From assembly GCA_044222475.1 (NCBI GenBank), contig JBGANF010000011.1, positions 32,001 to 96,000 on the forward strand: a stretch of 64,000 nt of DNA. The letters are read 5' to 3'. Of this stretch, positions 1-9,542 are shown piece after piece. The stretch is from Polyangiaceae bacterium. Its GTDB lineage: Bacteria; Myxococcota_A; Polyangia; Polyangiales; Polyangiaceae. The notes beneath the pieces are model-generated. The model was given only the letters and a program-made list of their open reading frames with translations. It ran no database searches and had not been told where the DNA came from. The position numbers and the translations under genes are program-made. Position 1 is the first letter of the stretch; the number at the start of each line of letters is the position of its first letter.

Positions 1-443
1 TCTCCGCCGCTGAGCATCTCGGGGTACGCGTGCTCGCGGCTCGCGACACCGAGGTATTCCAGCAGCTCGATCGCGCGCTCCCGACCGCGCCCTTTGCCCC
101 CGAACTCACAGGCGATCTCGACGTTTTCCCGGGCAGTGAGGAACGAGGTGAGGTTGGCCTTCTGGAACACGAAACCGAGGTGGCGCCGCCGAAGGAGGGA
201 GAGATTGGCGAGGGCCTGACCGTCCTTGACGATGAGGCGCCCTTCGAAGAAGACCTCGCCGCTGTCGGCAGGTGACACGAAACCAAGCGCCTTGATGAGC
301 GTCGACTTTCCCGAACCGCTCGGTCCGAGGAGCGCCGCCACCGTCCCCCGGGCGAGCGTGAGGCTGACGTCATCGAGCCCGACCACGGTCGACGCACCGC
401 TTCCGTACGTCTTTCGCAGGTGGAGCGCGCGTACGGATTCCAT
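1..443 (-). CDS. ABC transporter ATP-binding protein (LolD/MacB-like), truncated by the window edge
   Basis: Manual translation from ATG 443: MESVRALHLRKTYGSG..., Walker A GPSGSGKST, LGFVFQ, signature LSGGE at the edge. Start abuts the permease stop codon. Confidence 0.9.
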   Translation of the reverse strand, partial: MESVRALHLRKTYGSGASTVVGLDDVSLTLARGTVAALLGPSGSGKSTLIKALGFVSPADSGEVFFEGRLIVKDGQALANLSLLRRRHLGFVFQKANLTSFLTARENVEIACEFGGKGRGRERAIELLEYLGVASREHAYPEMLSGG

Positions 444-1655
444 CTAGCCCTCCAGCGCGCGCGCGGGGTCGATGCGCATCACGTGGCTCAAACCGAGCAA
501 GCTCGCGAGCGTCATGATGGCGAAGGTCGCGAGGGGCGCGACGAGCGAGATCGTGTCCGTGATCAGTACCCGCCGCGGAAACATCGGGAACGAGAAGACG
601 CCGACGGCGTAGGCGAGCGCGTACGCCAGCGCGCCGAGCAGCCACGCTTGCTGGATCACGAGACCAAGGAGTCTCGACCGAGGAGCGCCCATCAGCTTGA
701 GGACGGCGAGATCGTGCGTCTTCTCGAGCGTCAGGTTGTAGATGACCATCATCACGATCACGGCTGCGGTGAGGGTCAGGATGAAGGTGAACAGCCCGAT
801 CTGCATCCGGGCGCGTTGAACGACACCGCTCAAGAGCAGGTTCTCTTCTTCGTCTTGCGAGTAGACGCTCACGTCGCCCCAGCTGCCCATCGTCGCTCGC
901 ACCTCGTCCAGACGCTCGGGCTCCACTTCGACGAGCACGGCGGCGACGGGTGGCGAGGCGAGAGCAGGCGACCGCCAGCGCGGATCGGCCGCGAGGTCGA
1001 CGAGCGTCGGCTGGGCTCGCCCGAGATCGGTGCGCGTCAAGCGATCGACGACGCGCTGCCGCTCGAGCAGCGTCGCTTCCCCTGGTTGGTCGAAGGCGAC
1101 GAGCTCGGCGTCGGCGACGGTCATGAACGCGACCGAATCCCCGCCCGAGGTCAGCGCGTTGCTCGTGAGGCCGACGACCGTGTAGGGCTCGCCAGCGAGC
1201 TCGATGGACTCGCCGATGACGACGCCGAGGGACGCATCGACGATCAGCTCGCCATGCGGCTGAAGCAGCTGGCGGCCGCGAACGAGCGGAAGCGAGCGGC
1301 CCGGATCGTCGGGCCATCCGAGGCCCACGAGCGCGATCCGCAGCACCGAACCGTGGTGATCGCGCTGGATCAGTTGATACGTGTATGGTCGCGCGCTCTT
1401 CACTCCGGGCACCGATGCGGCGCGGCTCTCGATGCTCGGGTCGAGCCTGGAGCCCTCGGCGAAGGGCCCACGGGTGTCTCGCTGGACGACCCAGAGATCC
1501 GCGTTCATCGCGCGAGTGAGGATCGTCGCGTCGTCCACCATCCCGGCGTAGATGCCTTGCATCGCGATGACGACACTCAAGAGGAGCCCGATGCCGGCCG
1601 CCGTCCCGAGGAAACGAGCGAGGTGGCGCCTTACGTCGCGGAGCGCGAGGTTCAT
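444..1655 (-). CDS. ABC transporter permease (FtsX/MacB-type)
   Basis: MNLALRDV..., N-terminal TM, large periplasmic domain, LAVLKLMGA motif, C-terminal IDPARALEG. ATGA overlap with the upstream gene. Confidence 0.9.
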   Translation of the reverse strand: MNLALRDVRRHLARFLGTAAGIGLLLSVVIAMQGIYAGMVDDATILTRAMNADLWVVQRDTRGPFAEGSRLDPSIESRAASVPGVKSARPYTYQLIQRDHHGSVLRIALVGLGWPDDPGRSLPLVRGRQLLQPHGELIVDASLGVVIGESIELAGEPYTVVGLTSNALTSGGDSVAFMTVADAELVAFDQPGEATLLERQRVVDRLTRTDLGRAQPTLVDLAADPRWRSPALASPPVAAVLVEVEPERLDEVRATMGSWGDVSVYSQDEEENLLLSGVVQRARMQIGLFTFILTLTAAVIVMMVIYNLTLEKTHDLAVLKLMGAPRSRLLGLVIQQAWLLGALAYALAYAVGVFSFPMFPRRVLITDTISLVAPLATFAIMTLASLLGLSHVMRIDPARALEG

Positions 1656-2854
1656 CGGGCCGCCCACCGTCGCCCGACGGGGAGGGTCACCCCCGCGCGT
1701 GGCGAAGCGAGGAGAGCGTCACCCTCGGAGAGGCCATCGAGCACCTCGACGAAGTCGCCGCCCGAGACGCCGAAGCGGGGGCGCGCGATCGCGATCTTGC
1801 CGTTTCGATCGACGTAGAGGTAGGCGCCTTCCGCGTCGTGATGGATCATGCGGGACGGCACGCGGAGGACTCCCTCGTGCACGGCGAGAGCGATTCGCAC
1901 GTCCGCGCGCTGTCCGATCGCGACCCGGCGATCGAGGCGATCCGGGGTCACCTCGACGATCAGCTCGTGCGTCTGTCGATCGGCCTCCCAGGAGATCTTC
2001 GACACCCGACCTGCGACGGGGTCGGCGAAGCCGGGGAACCGGATCGTGCTCCGTTCGTCCGCTGCAAGCAACGGGAGCACGGTTTCGTCGATGAATGCGC
2101 TCACGTAGACGCGGCCCGTGTCGACGATCCGGAGCACGGTCGAGCCCACGGTGACGGTGTCGCCGGGCTCGCGGAGTCGCCTCGTCACGAGACCGTCGAA
2201 CGGTGCGAGGAGCGTCGCCCGTACCATGGCGACGCGCCTCTGCTCGGCGCCTCCGGACGCGACGTCGATCCCGCGCGTTGCCTCCGAGCGTTGCGCGAGC
2301 ACGCGATCGAGATCGGCGCGAGCGACGCGCAGATGATCGGCGGCGTCGTCGCGCTGTTGGCCGGTGATCGCTCCGGCTTCGAAGAGTGCCTGAGTCCGCG
2401 TGGCATCTCGGTCAGCGGTGCCAAGTAGCGCGCGCGCGCGCTCTTCCTCTGCAGCGAGCCGCTGCAGCGATGCGCGCGCAGCGGCGATGCCCGTTTGTGC
2501 CGACCGGAAATCGGCTTTGGCCTGGTCGGTTTCGAGGCGGGCGAGCTCCTGCCCGAGCGAGACCCGGTCGCCCTCGTCGACGAGGACGTCGCTCAGGCGA
2601 CCCACGAGATCGAAGCCGACTGCGGCTTCGCGTTGGCTCTCGATGGTGCCGCGGCCGAAGGCTTCTCGGGTCACCGTCCCGCGGTCCACGTGGGCGAGCT
2701 CGACGTCGACCGGAGACCAAAGGCGAAACCAGGCGAGCCCGAGCGCGGCGAGGAGGAGCAGCAAAGCCCAAACGCTCCGCCGCGCGAAACCGAGCACGCG
2801 TGCGATGAAGTGCTTCACTGTCATGGGAGCCGTCTTCTCTTGGAGTGGGTTCAC
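1652..2854 (-). CDS. Efflux RND/MFP periplasmic adaptor subunit
   Basis: GRLSDVLVDEGDRVSLGQELARL, coiled coil, LLAPFDGLV, VEVLDGLSEGD. Confidence 0.9.
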   Translation of the reverse strand: MNPLQEKTAPMTVKHFIARVLGFARRSVWALLLLLAALGLAWFRLWSPVDVELAHVDRGTVTREAFGRGTIESQREAAVGFDLVGRLSDVLVDEGDRVSLGQELARLETDQAKADFRSAQTGIAAARASLQRLAAEEERARALLGTADRDATRTQALFEAGAITGQQRDDAADHLRVARADLDRVLAQRSEATRGIDVASGGAEQRRVAMVRATLLAPFDGLVTRRLREPGDTVTVGSTVLRIVDTGRVYVSAFIDETVLPLLAADERSTIRFPGFADPVAGRVSKISWEADRQTHELIVEVTPDRLDRRVAIGQRADVRIALAVHEGVLRVPSRMIHHDAEGAYLYVDRNGKIAIARPRFGVSGGDFVEVLDGLSEGDALLASPRAGVTLPVGRRWAAR

Positions 2855-3286
2855 TCACGAGCGGGTGACGTTCACCTGGACGTCGATCCCTTCGCGGACG
2901 CTCTGCGTGACCACGCAGAAGTCTTCGAAGGTCTTCATGCAGGCCTCGAAGGCTTCGTCCGGGATCGGCGACCCGGGGTGGATCGTCACCTCGACGCGGC
3001 CGACGCGCAGGCGTTTGTGCTCGTTGCGCACGAGCTGGACGTGGACCGAGGAGCGCAGCCCCTCCATGGTCACGCCCCGGCGCTTGAGGCAGAACACGAG
3101 GCTCGCCGAGAGGCAGTCGCCGATCGCCGCGGCGAGGATCCTGGCTGGATTTGGAGCCGTGTCCTGGCCCAGAGGGGGAGGCTCGTCGATGCGGAGATCC
3201 GCGTAGCTCTCCTTGTCGAAGCGGACCCGAAAGTCGAACCCGGAAACCTGCTCCACCTGAAGCGTGAACTCGCCTGCATTTTCCAT
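2855..3286 (-). CDS. OsmC/Ohr-like protein
   Basis: DEPPPLG...PNP..ILAAAIGDC and FEDFCVVTQSVREG (two conserved Cys). Start chosen at ATG 3286. Confidence 0.85.
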   Translation of the reverse strand: MENAGEFTLQVEQVSGFDFRVRFDKESYADLRIDEPPPLGQDTAPNPARILAAAIGDCLSASLVFCLKRRGVTMEGLRSSVHVQLVRNEHKRLRVGRVEVTIHPGSPIPDEAFEACMKTFEDFCVVTQSVREGIDVQVNVTRS

Positions 3287-3433
3287 GGTCGTGGGCGCTG
3301 CACGGATCGCGCCATTGCTGCGCGGCCGCTGCGGCTTCGCTTGCGGGATGCAAGGCGTGCGCTCCGTGCGCGCAAAACTCCGCAAGCGAACCCTCGCCGC
3401 CGGGACGCGGCTCTCACTCGTGAGGTGATTGTC

Positions 3434-3541
3434 ATGAACAACGGTTCGCTGATGGGTCTCCTGACCGGCGCAGTCTTCTTCGCGGCCATGTACCTCCCGT
3501 TCTGGATCGCCAGCCGGCAGCAACGGCACGCCCACGTCTGA
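3434..3541 (+). CDS. Small single-TM membrane protein (35 aa)
   Basis: MNNGSLMGLLTGAVFFAAMYLPFWIASRQQRHAHV, SD-like GAGGTG at 3422-3427, GC3-rich codons. Confidence 0.6.
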   Translation: MNNGSLMGLLTGAVFFAAMYLPFWIASRQQRHAHV

Positions 3542-3544
3542 GGC

Positions 3545-3730
3545 CTACTTCCTCGACTTCGGTCTCGGCGCTTCGGCGCTCGACGCGGGCTCGGGGATCG
3601 GCTTCCCGCACTTTCGGCAGGTGTAGACCGTGCCCTTCTTCGCCCGCGCTCGCGCCTGGATCTCCCCGCAGCTCGCGCACTCGAGGCGGACGACGGCGGC
3701 CCGCGACGCGGCTCCGAAGATGATCGGCAT
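3545..3730 (-). CDS. Small zinc-ribbon protein (61 aa)
   Basis: CASC...CRKC pairs and a basic tail; 9 nt downstream of the antiporter. Confidence 0.65.
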   Translation of the reverse strand: MPIIFGAASRAAVVRLECASCGEIQARARAKKGTVYTCRKCGKPIPEPASSAEAPRPKSRK

Positions 3731-3739
3731 GGTCGAAAC

Positions 3740-5449
3740 CTAGCTCTCCGTCGGCGTCGCGTCACGGCCGGTGACGTCGTTTCGTACGCGATCGCGAGCG
3801 CGGTCGAGCTGTTCGGCCGAGGCGCCGAGCTGAACCAGGAGTCGCTCGCCCATCGCGAGCGCGACCTCGGCCTCGACCGAGACGACGTGGTTCGCGCCGA
3901 GCTTCTCCAACCCGTCGACCTCGCGTTGATAGGCCGCGCGCGCGAGGACCCGAAGCGCCGGGTTCATCTCTTTCGCGAGCTGAATCACCGCCGCCGACGG
4001 ACCCGACGCCGTGTGGACCAGGCTGCCTGCGTGTCCGATCCCGGCTCGCTCGAGGATCTCGCGCTGCGACGCGTCGCCGTAGATCGCCGGCATGCCCCGC
4101 GCGCGGAGCTCGGCCACGGTTTCGTGATTGAGATCGATCACGGTCGGCTCGATGCCGCTCTCGACGAGGAGCTTCGAGAGGCTTCGTCCGATCGGGCCGT
4201 ACCCGACGACAATCGCACGAAACGCCGGGTCGACCCTCGGTCTCGGGGCCTCGGCCGCCGGGCTAGGGCCGCCCAGTCGCCGGGCGATCGGGTCCACGAG
4301 GCGCAGGAGGATCGGGTTCACCGTGATCGAGACCATGGCGACGGCGACGAGGGATTGAGTCGCCTCCGCAGGAAGGACACCGAGCTTTCCGCCGAGGGCG
4401 GCCACCATGAAGGAGAACTCGCCGATCTGCGCGAGCCCGAGCGCGAGGGCGACGGCCGTCTTCACGGGGTAGCGAAGGGCGAGCGTGAAGGCGAGCGCGA
4501 TCAGCGGCTTCGCGAGGAGGACCACCGCGAGCGTGAGGAGCGTCAGGCGGAGGTTTGGCGCGAGCTCGTGCGGGTCGAGCTGCATCCCCGTCGCGACGAA
4601 GAAGAGGACGGCGAACGCGTCGCGCATGGGGAGCGCCTCCGAACCCGCGCGCGCGCCGAAGTCCGACTGGCCCACCACGAGCCCCGCGAGGAATGCGCCG
4701 AGTGCCATCGAAGCGCCGAACAGCTTCGCCGCCGCGACCGCGACGCCGAGAGCGATGACGAGCACGGCGAGCGTGAAGAGCTCGCGCGAGCGCGTCTTGG
4801 CAACGTAGGCGAGGACCCACGGGATCACGCGGCGCCCGACGACGAGAGTGAACGCCACCAGGCCCCCGATCTTGGCGAGCGCGATCGCGATCGAGAGCGC
4901 GAGTGCGCTCCCTTTGGCGTCGCTCGCAGTGAGGAGCGGCAAGAGGACGACGGCGAGGACGACGGCGACGTCTTCCACCAGGAGCCACCCGATCGCCACG
5001 TGACCCGCCTGCGATTGGAGCAGGTTTCGATCGGCGAAGACGCGGAGCAGGACCACCGTACTCGCCGCCGCCAACGCGACCCCGAACACGATGCCCGCGG
5101 TCACGGTCCAACCGAAGAGCCGTGTCGCTCCGAACCCGGCGAGGACCGCCGCGGTCATCGCCACGATCGCACCCGGCAGCGCGACCCGTCGAACCGCGAG
5201 CAGCTCCTTCACGTGGAGGTTCAGCCCGACGCCGAACATGAGCAGGATCACCCCGAGCTCGGCGAGCTGGTTCGCGAGGCCGGAGTGCGCGACGAACCCG
5301 GGAGTGAACGGACCCACCGCGACCCCCGCGGCGAGGTACCCCACGATCGGAGAAAGGCCGATCTTCTGCGCGGCGAACCCGAGCAGGAGCGCACCGGCGA
5401 GAGCGCCGGTGAGCGTCATGATCAGCTCGAGGCCGTGGTCCATCCCCAC
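3740..5449 (-). CDS. Cation:proton antiporter, CPA2 (YbaL/KefB-like) with TrkA-N domain
   Basis: Many TM segments, LAELGVILLMFGVGL, LAQIGEFSF, C-terminal IVVGYGPIG and GDAS. Confidence 0.92.
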   Translation of the reverse strand: MGMDHGLELIMTLTGALAGALLLGFAAQKIGLSPIVGYLAAGVAVGPFTPGFVAHSGLANQLAELGVILLMFGVGLNLHVKELLAVRRVALPGAIVAMTAAVLAGFGATRLFGWTVTAGIVFGVALAAASTVVLLRVFADRNLLQSQAGHVAIGWLLVEDVAVVLAVVLLPLLTASDAKGSALALSIAIALAKIGGLVAFTLVVGRRVIPWVLAYVAKTRSRELFTLAVLVIALGVAVAAAKLFGASMALGAFLAGLVVGQSDFGARAGSEALPMRDAFAVLFFVATGMQLDPHELAPNLRLTLLTLAVVLLAKPLIALAFTLALRYPVKTAVALALGLAQIGEFSFMVAALGGKLGVLPAEATQSLVAVAMVSITVNPILLRLVDPIARRLGGPSPAAEAPRPRVDPAFRAIVVGYGPIGRSLSKLLVESGIEPTVIDLNHETVAELRARGMPAIYGDASQREILERAGIGHAGSLVHTASGPSAAVIQLAKEMNPALRVLARAAYQREVDGLEKLGANHVVSVEAEVALAMGERLLVQLGASAEQLDRARDRVRNDVTGRDATPTES

Positions 5450-5543
5450 TAGGATGCCAGAGAACCGATTTCCGCTCGCCTAGCGGGCTGCGGAAAAGCG
5501 CCCAGGCACGTAGCGTGCCCTCCTGCCAAGACCGCGAACCTGA

Positions 5544-5674
5544 CGCTCGGGAGCGGGAGCGGGAAGGGATCTGTACCAAACTGGGATACTTTCGACGAAG
5601 CGGCCACTTTCATGGGGATTCACGATGTCCTCGGCCGTCGAGCATCTTCCCGCTCCCGCTCCCCCTCCCGAGCG
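5544..5674. repeat. Intergenic inverted repeat with GGGAGC hexamer arms
   Basis: Left arm CGCTCGGGAGCGGGAGCGGGAAG (5544-5566). Right arm CTTCCCGCTCCCGCTCCCCCTCCCGAGCG (5646-5674) is its reverse complement plus one extra hexamer. Confidence 0.85.
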
Positions 5675-5734
5675 ACAACCTGCCAAACCGCCAGGAGGGC
5701 ACGCAACCTGCGACTACGCTTTTTCCGCACCCTG

Positions 5735-6961
5735 CTAGTGCGACAAGGGCTCGCAGGCGTATAGCGCATGGCAAAGCGCGAGGGCGCGCGGCGAGCGCAC
5801 GCGCGGGTCGAGGCGGTTCATCGCGTAGCCGATCGTCAGCTCGCGCGCGGGATCGCACCAACCGAGCGCGCCGCCCATCCCGGCGTGCCCGAACGACTCC
5901 GGGTTGGGCGAGAAGAGGGTGGTCTCCTCCTTCAAGAAGCCTTGCGACCACCCGAGGGCCTTCTTCAGCACCGCGTCGCTCGCGGACCAACCTTGCCGCG
6001 CGTAGACCGGCTCGATGGTTGCCCTTTTCAAGTAGGCTCGGCCTTCGTACGTCCCTCCGCTCGCGAAGGGCAGGTACGCGCGAGCCACTCCGTGAGCGCT
6101 GCCGGTCGCCGACGCCCACGCGAGCTCGGCGCGCCGCACCGCCGGATCGCCGTAGACGCTCATGCCGCGCTTGCCCAACGCCGGCGTAGTGAACGCGCGC
6201 CGCGTGAACGAGCGACTCGACAGCATGGCGCGGGCCACGCGCGTCTCGTTGGTGCCTCCTCGAACCGCCCCGGCGAGCGCGAGGCGGAGGCGCTCGCCGA
6301 CCGACGGCGGGTAGAGGGGCGCCACGCGCTCGTCGAGCGACGCCGGCGTCCCGAGGGAGACGTCGGCGCCGAGCGGCTCGAAGAGCTCCCTCGCGAGGAA
6401 CGTCCCCATCGACTCGCGCGCGATGCGCTCGAAGAGCTCTCGTGCGTACATGCCGAAGGTGATCGCGTGATATCCCTGCATCGACCCGGGATCCCAAAGT
6501 GGTACTTGGGTCTCCATCGCGGAGAGGAGCCGCTCCTTGCGCGCGTCGAGCAGGCAGTCATCCATCGTCAACGGCGCGTCGAGACCCGCGAGGCCAGCGC
6601 GGTGGTTGAAGAGCGTGCGCGCGGTGATCGCGCCCTTTCCGCCTTGCGCGAACCCGGGCCAGTACGTCGAGACCGGCGCGTCCCACTCCAGGAGCCCGCG
6701 GTCGGCGAGGAGCGCCAGCGCCATCGCCGCGAGCCCCTTGGTGACCGAGAAGAGAACCACCCGCGTGTCGCGTCGCCACGGCGTGGCGCGCGCGACGTCG
6801 GCCACGCCGCCCCACAGATCGACGACGCAGCGCCCGCGGTGGTAGACGGCGAACCCCGCGCCGATCTCCTCGCCGGCGCGCAGCTGCGCGGCGAAGACGT
6901 CGGCCACCTTCGCGAAGCCGTCGGCGTAGGTGCCGAGCGCGGGGGAGGGGGCCGCGTTCAC
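5735..6961 (-). CDS. Serine hydrolase, beta-lactamase/EstB family
   Basis: SxxK (FSVTK), LFNHRAGL, GYHAITFG, FGHAGMGG. Confidence 0.92.
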   Translation of the reverse strand: MNAAPSPALGTYADGFAKVADVFAAQLRAGEEIGAGFAVYHRGRCVVDLWGGVADVARATPWRRDTRVVLFSVTKGLAAMALALLADRGLLEWDAPVSTYWPGFAQGGKGAITARTLFNHRAGLAGLDAPLTMDDCLLDARKERLLSAMETQVPLWDPGSMQGYHAITFGMYARELFERIARESMGTFLARELFEPLGADVSLGTPASLDERVAPLYPPSVGERLRLALAGAVRGGTNETRVARAMLSSRSFTRRAFTTPALGKRGMSVYGDPAVRRAELAWASATGSAHGVARAYLPFASGGTYEGRAYLKRATIEPVYARQGWSASDAVLKKALGWSQGFLKEETTLFSPNPESFGHAGMGGALGWCDPARELTIGYAMNRLDPRVRSPRALALCHALYACEPLSH

Positions 6962-8703
6962 CGTCCGACCCGTCGCTCGAGCTCGCCGTACGACATCTTC
7001 ATGACGACCGGACGACCGTGGGGGCAGTGGCCGCTGAACTCCACGTCATCCATGGCGTCGAGCAGCGCCTTCACCTCTTCGACGCCGAGCGCGTCTCCCG
7101 CTCGCACCGATCCGTGGCACGCCATCGTCGCGAGCCGCAGATCGACCGCGTCTCGGAATCCTCGGCCGCCTTCCCGCGCGAGCTCGACCAGTACGTCGCG
7201 CAGCAGGCGCTCGGGCCTCGCGCGCTTCAGGATCTGCGGCACTCCGTCGATGGCGAGGGACTGCGAGCCGACCGCGCGCACCTCGAGCCCGAGGCGGCGG
7301 ATCTCGGTTTCGTGCTCCTCGGCGGCGGCGACGTCGGCCGGCGTCACCTCGACGATCTCCGGCACGAGAAGCCGCTGCACGGCGACGCCCTTCCGTTCGT
7401 AGCTCGCTTTCAAGCGGGCGAAGTTTCGTCGCTCGTCGGCGGCGTGTTGGTCGAGCACGTAGAGCCCGTCCTCTCCTTCACACAGGAGGAACGTGCTCCG
7501 CAGCTGCGCGAGAAACCTCAGCCGGCGATAGAAGCCGGGCGGCTCGAAGAGATCCGGTGCCGGCGCAGGCGAGGGCGGCGCGTCGAGGTTCGGTGCCTGA
7601 ATCTGCCCCGGCTCGCGAAGATCGTACGGCCGCGCGATCGGACCGGGAGCGAATCGCAGCTCCGCGGCGGCGATGGCGCCCGCCGCGCCGCCGAACGTGG
7701 GCGACGCGATCGGAAAGAGCTTGGCGAGCCCGGCGTGCAGCTCTCGGCTCACGGCGTCGAAGAGCGCGCGCCCGTTGTCGAAGCGGACCTCGGACTTCTG
7801 CGGATGGACGTTGACGTCGACGAGCTCGGGCGGCATCTCGAGGTAGACGACGCCGACCGGGTAGCGCCCGGGCTCGAGGACCGACCCGTACGCGTGAGCG
7901 ACGGCGCGCGCCAGCGGGCGATCCTTGATCGGCCTGCCGTTGACGAAGAGGTGCAGCGCGACGGCGCCGGTGCGCGCGCGCTCGGGGGGCCCGAGGAACG
8001 CCTCCACGCGGAGCGGCCCGCGCTCGCCCGTGCACCGGAGGAGGCGCGGCTCCTGGCTCAACACCTGACGCGCGCGGGACTCGCGTCCGTCGGCTCGCAG
8101 ATGCTCGCGCGCGATCTTGCCGTCGCGGGCGAGGGTGAACGTGACGTCGGGCCGTGCGAGGGCGGCCATCGCGATGACCTCGCCGACGTGAGCGCTCTCG
8201 GTGGCCGGTGCCTTCAGGAACTTCCGTCGCGCCGGCACGTTGTAGAACAGGTCCCGCACTTCGATCGTGGTGCCCTCCGCGCGGCCGGCTGGTCGTACCT
8301 CTTTGGTACCGCCGCCCTCGATCGTGATCTCGGTACCCTCCCGCTCGCCTCGGGCGCAAGTCGACAGAGTGAGCCGCGACACGGAAGCGATGCTCGGCAG
8401 CGCTTCGCCGCGGAAGCCGAACGTGCGCAGGTGCGCGAGGTCCTCGAAGGCGCCGATCTTGCTGGTCGCGTGGCGCTCGAGCGCGAGGACCGCATCGTCC
8501 CGGGTCATGCCCTCGCCGTCGTCCGCCACGCGCACGAGGTCGAGGCCTCCGTTCTCGACGTCGACCCGAACCCGGGTCGCGCCCGCGTCGAGCGCGTTCT
8601 CGACGAGCTCCTTCACGATGCTCGCCGGCCTCTCGACGACCTCGCCGGCTGCAATCTGATCGACGAGCGCCGAGTCGAGGCGCCGTACGCGCCCAACCCT
8701 CAA
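6958..8703 (-). CDS. mutL: DNA mismatch repair endonuclease MutL
   Basis: IAAGEVVERPASIVKELVENALDAGA, TFGFRGEALPSI, DVNVHPQKSEVRF, DQHAADE, ACH, CPHGRP. Likely TTG start overlapping the upstream stop (TTGA). Confidence 0.96.
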   Translation of the reverse strand: MRVGRVRRLDSALVDQIAAGEVVERPASIVKELVENALDAGATRVRVDVENGGLDLVRVADDGEGMTRDDAVLALERHATSKIGAFEDLAHLRTFGFRGEALPSIASVSRLTLSTCARGEREGTEITIEGGGTKEVRPAGRAEGTTIEVRDLFYNVPARRKFLKAPATESAHVGEVIAMAALARPDVTFTLARDGKIAREHLRADGRESRARQVLSQEPRLLRCTGERGPLRVEAFLGPPERARTGAVALHLFVNGRPIKDRPLARAVAHAYGSVLEPGRYPVGVVYLEMPPELVDVNVHPQKSEVRFDNGRALFDAVSRELHAGLAKLFPIASPTFGGAAGAIAAAELRFAPGPIARPYDLREPGQIQAPNLDAPPSPAPAPDLFEPPGFYRRLRFLAQLRSTFLLCEGEDGLYVLDQHAADERRNFARLKASYERKGVAVQRLLVPEIVEVTPADVAAAEEHETEIRRLGLEVRAVGSQSLAIDGVPQILKRARPERLLRDVLVELAREGGRGFRDAVDLRLATMACHGSVRAGDALGVEEVKALLDAMDDVEFSGHCPHGRPVVMKMSYGELERRVGR

Positions 8704-9377
8704 GAGCCGCTCTCGAGGTTGCGCTCCTCCGCCATCGACTCGTAGAACGCGCGCGTCCGGCGCCGCGTGAGCGCCAGCACGATCAAGAGCGCGACTGCGC
8801 CGCGGACGCCGAGCCGGATCGGCGCGATGAAGGGCATCAGCTTCCGTTGGGTCGCGAGCTGGAGCGCGATCATCTGCGGATCCATGCCCGCGTCGGTCAT
8901 GTCGCACTCGAGCTGCGTCAGCGCGAGCTCCTTCTCGGCCGCGCGCACCTTGGGAGTGGCGAAGTGCTCGCCGACGAGGACCGCGGTGTAGACGACGATG
9001 ACTTGGAGCAGCGCGCCCCGTGCGCCGTTGCGTCCGACCATCGCGAGCGACGCCAAGACGAACAGGGCCATGCCGAGGACGAGCTCGGCCGCGGAGAGCG
9101 GGAAGAGTCGCGCCTCTTCGGCGTGGACCGCGTCGAGGAGGCCTTGGGTCGCCCCCTGCATCTTCGCGCGCTGCGCGTCGTTCTTGATGTCGGCGTACTG
9201 GTCCGAGACGTCGGTCTCGGGCTGGCGGTACACGTCGATGAGCACCATCCCGTTGAACGCCGCCGAGGCGCCGAGGATGAAGCAGATCCCGAGCGCGAGG
9301 ATCAGGTACCAGGGGCGCCTTTGCGGCGGCGTCCCGGACCGCTTCGCCGGCTGCTCGTGCTGGTCGTCGTCACCCAT
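8700..9377 (-). CDS. Hypothetical membrane protein (about 4 TM)
   Basis: From ATG 9377 (MGDDDQHEQ...). Four hydrophobic segments; coupled to mutL. Confidence 0.75.
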   Translation of the reverse strand: MGDDDQHEQPAKRSGTPPQRRPWYLILALGICFILGASAAFNGMVLIDVYRQPETDVSDQYADIKNDAQRAKMQGATQGLLDAVHAEEARLFPLSAAELVLGMALFVLASLAMVGRNGARGALLQVIVVYTAVLVGEHFATPKVRAAEKELALTQLECDMTDAGMDPQMIALQLATQRKLMPFIAPIRLGVRGAVALLIVLALTRRRTRAFYESMAEERNLESGS

Positions 9378-9446
9378 GGGAATCTCGGAGATAGCACGGG
9401 CCACGCGCGTCCGCATGGGAGGGCGGCGAAAGGTTCCCAAGCGCGC

Positions 9447-9542
9447 CCGAAAGGTGGCTAATCTGCCCCGCAAACGAGGGATAGGGGCAATGCGCCGAAA
9501 GGTGGCTAATCTGCCCCGCAAACGAGGGATAGGGGCAATGCG
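9447..9542 (+). repeat. Perfect 48-bp tandem duplication covering the start codon region
   Basis: CCGAAAGGTGGCTAATCTGCCCCGCAAACGAGGGATAGGGGCAATGCG at 9447-9494 and 9495-9542. Confidence 0.95.
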
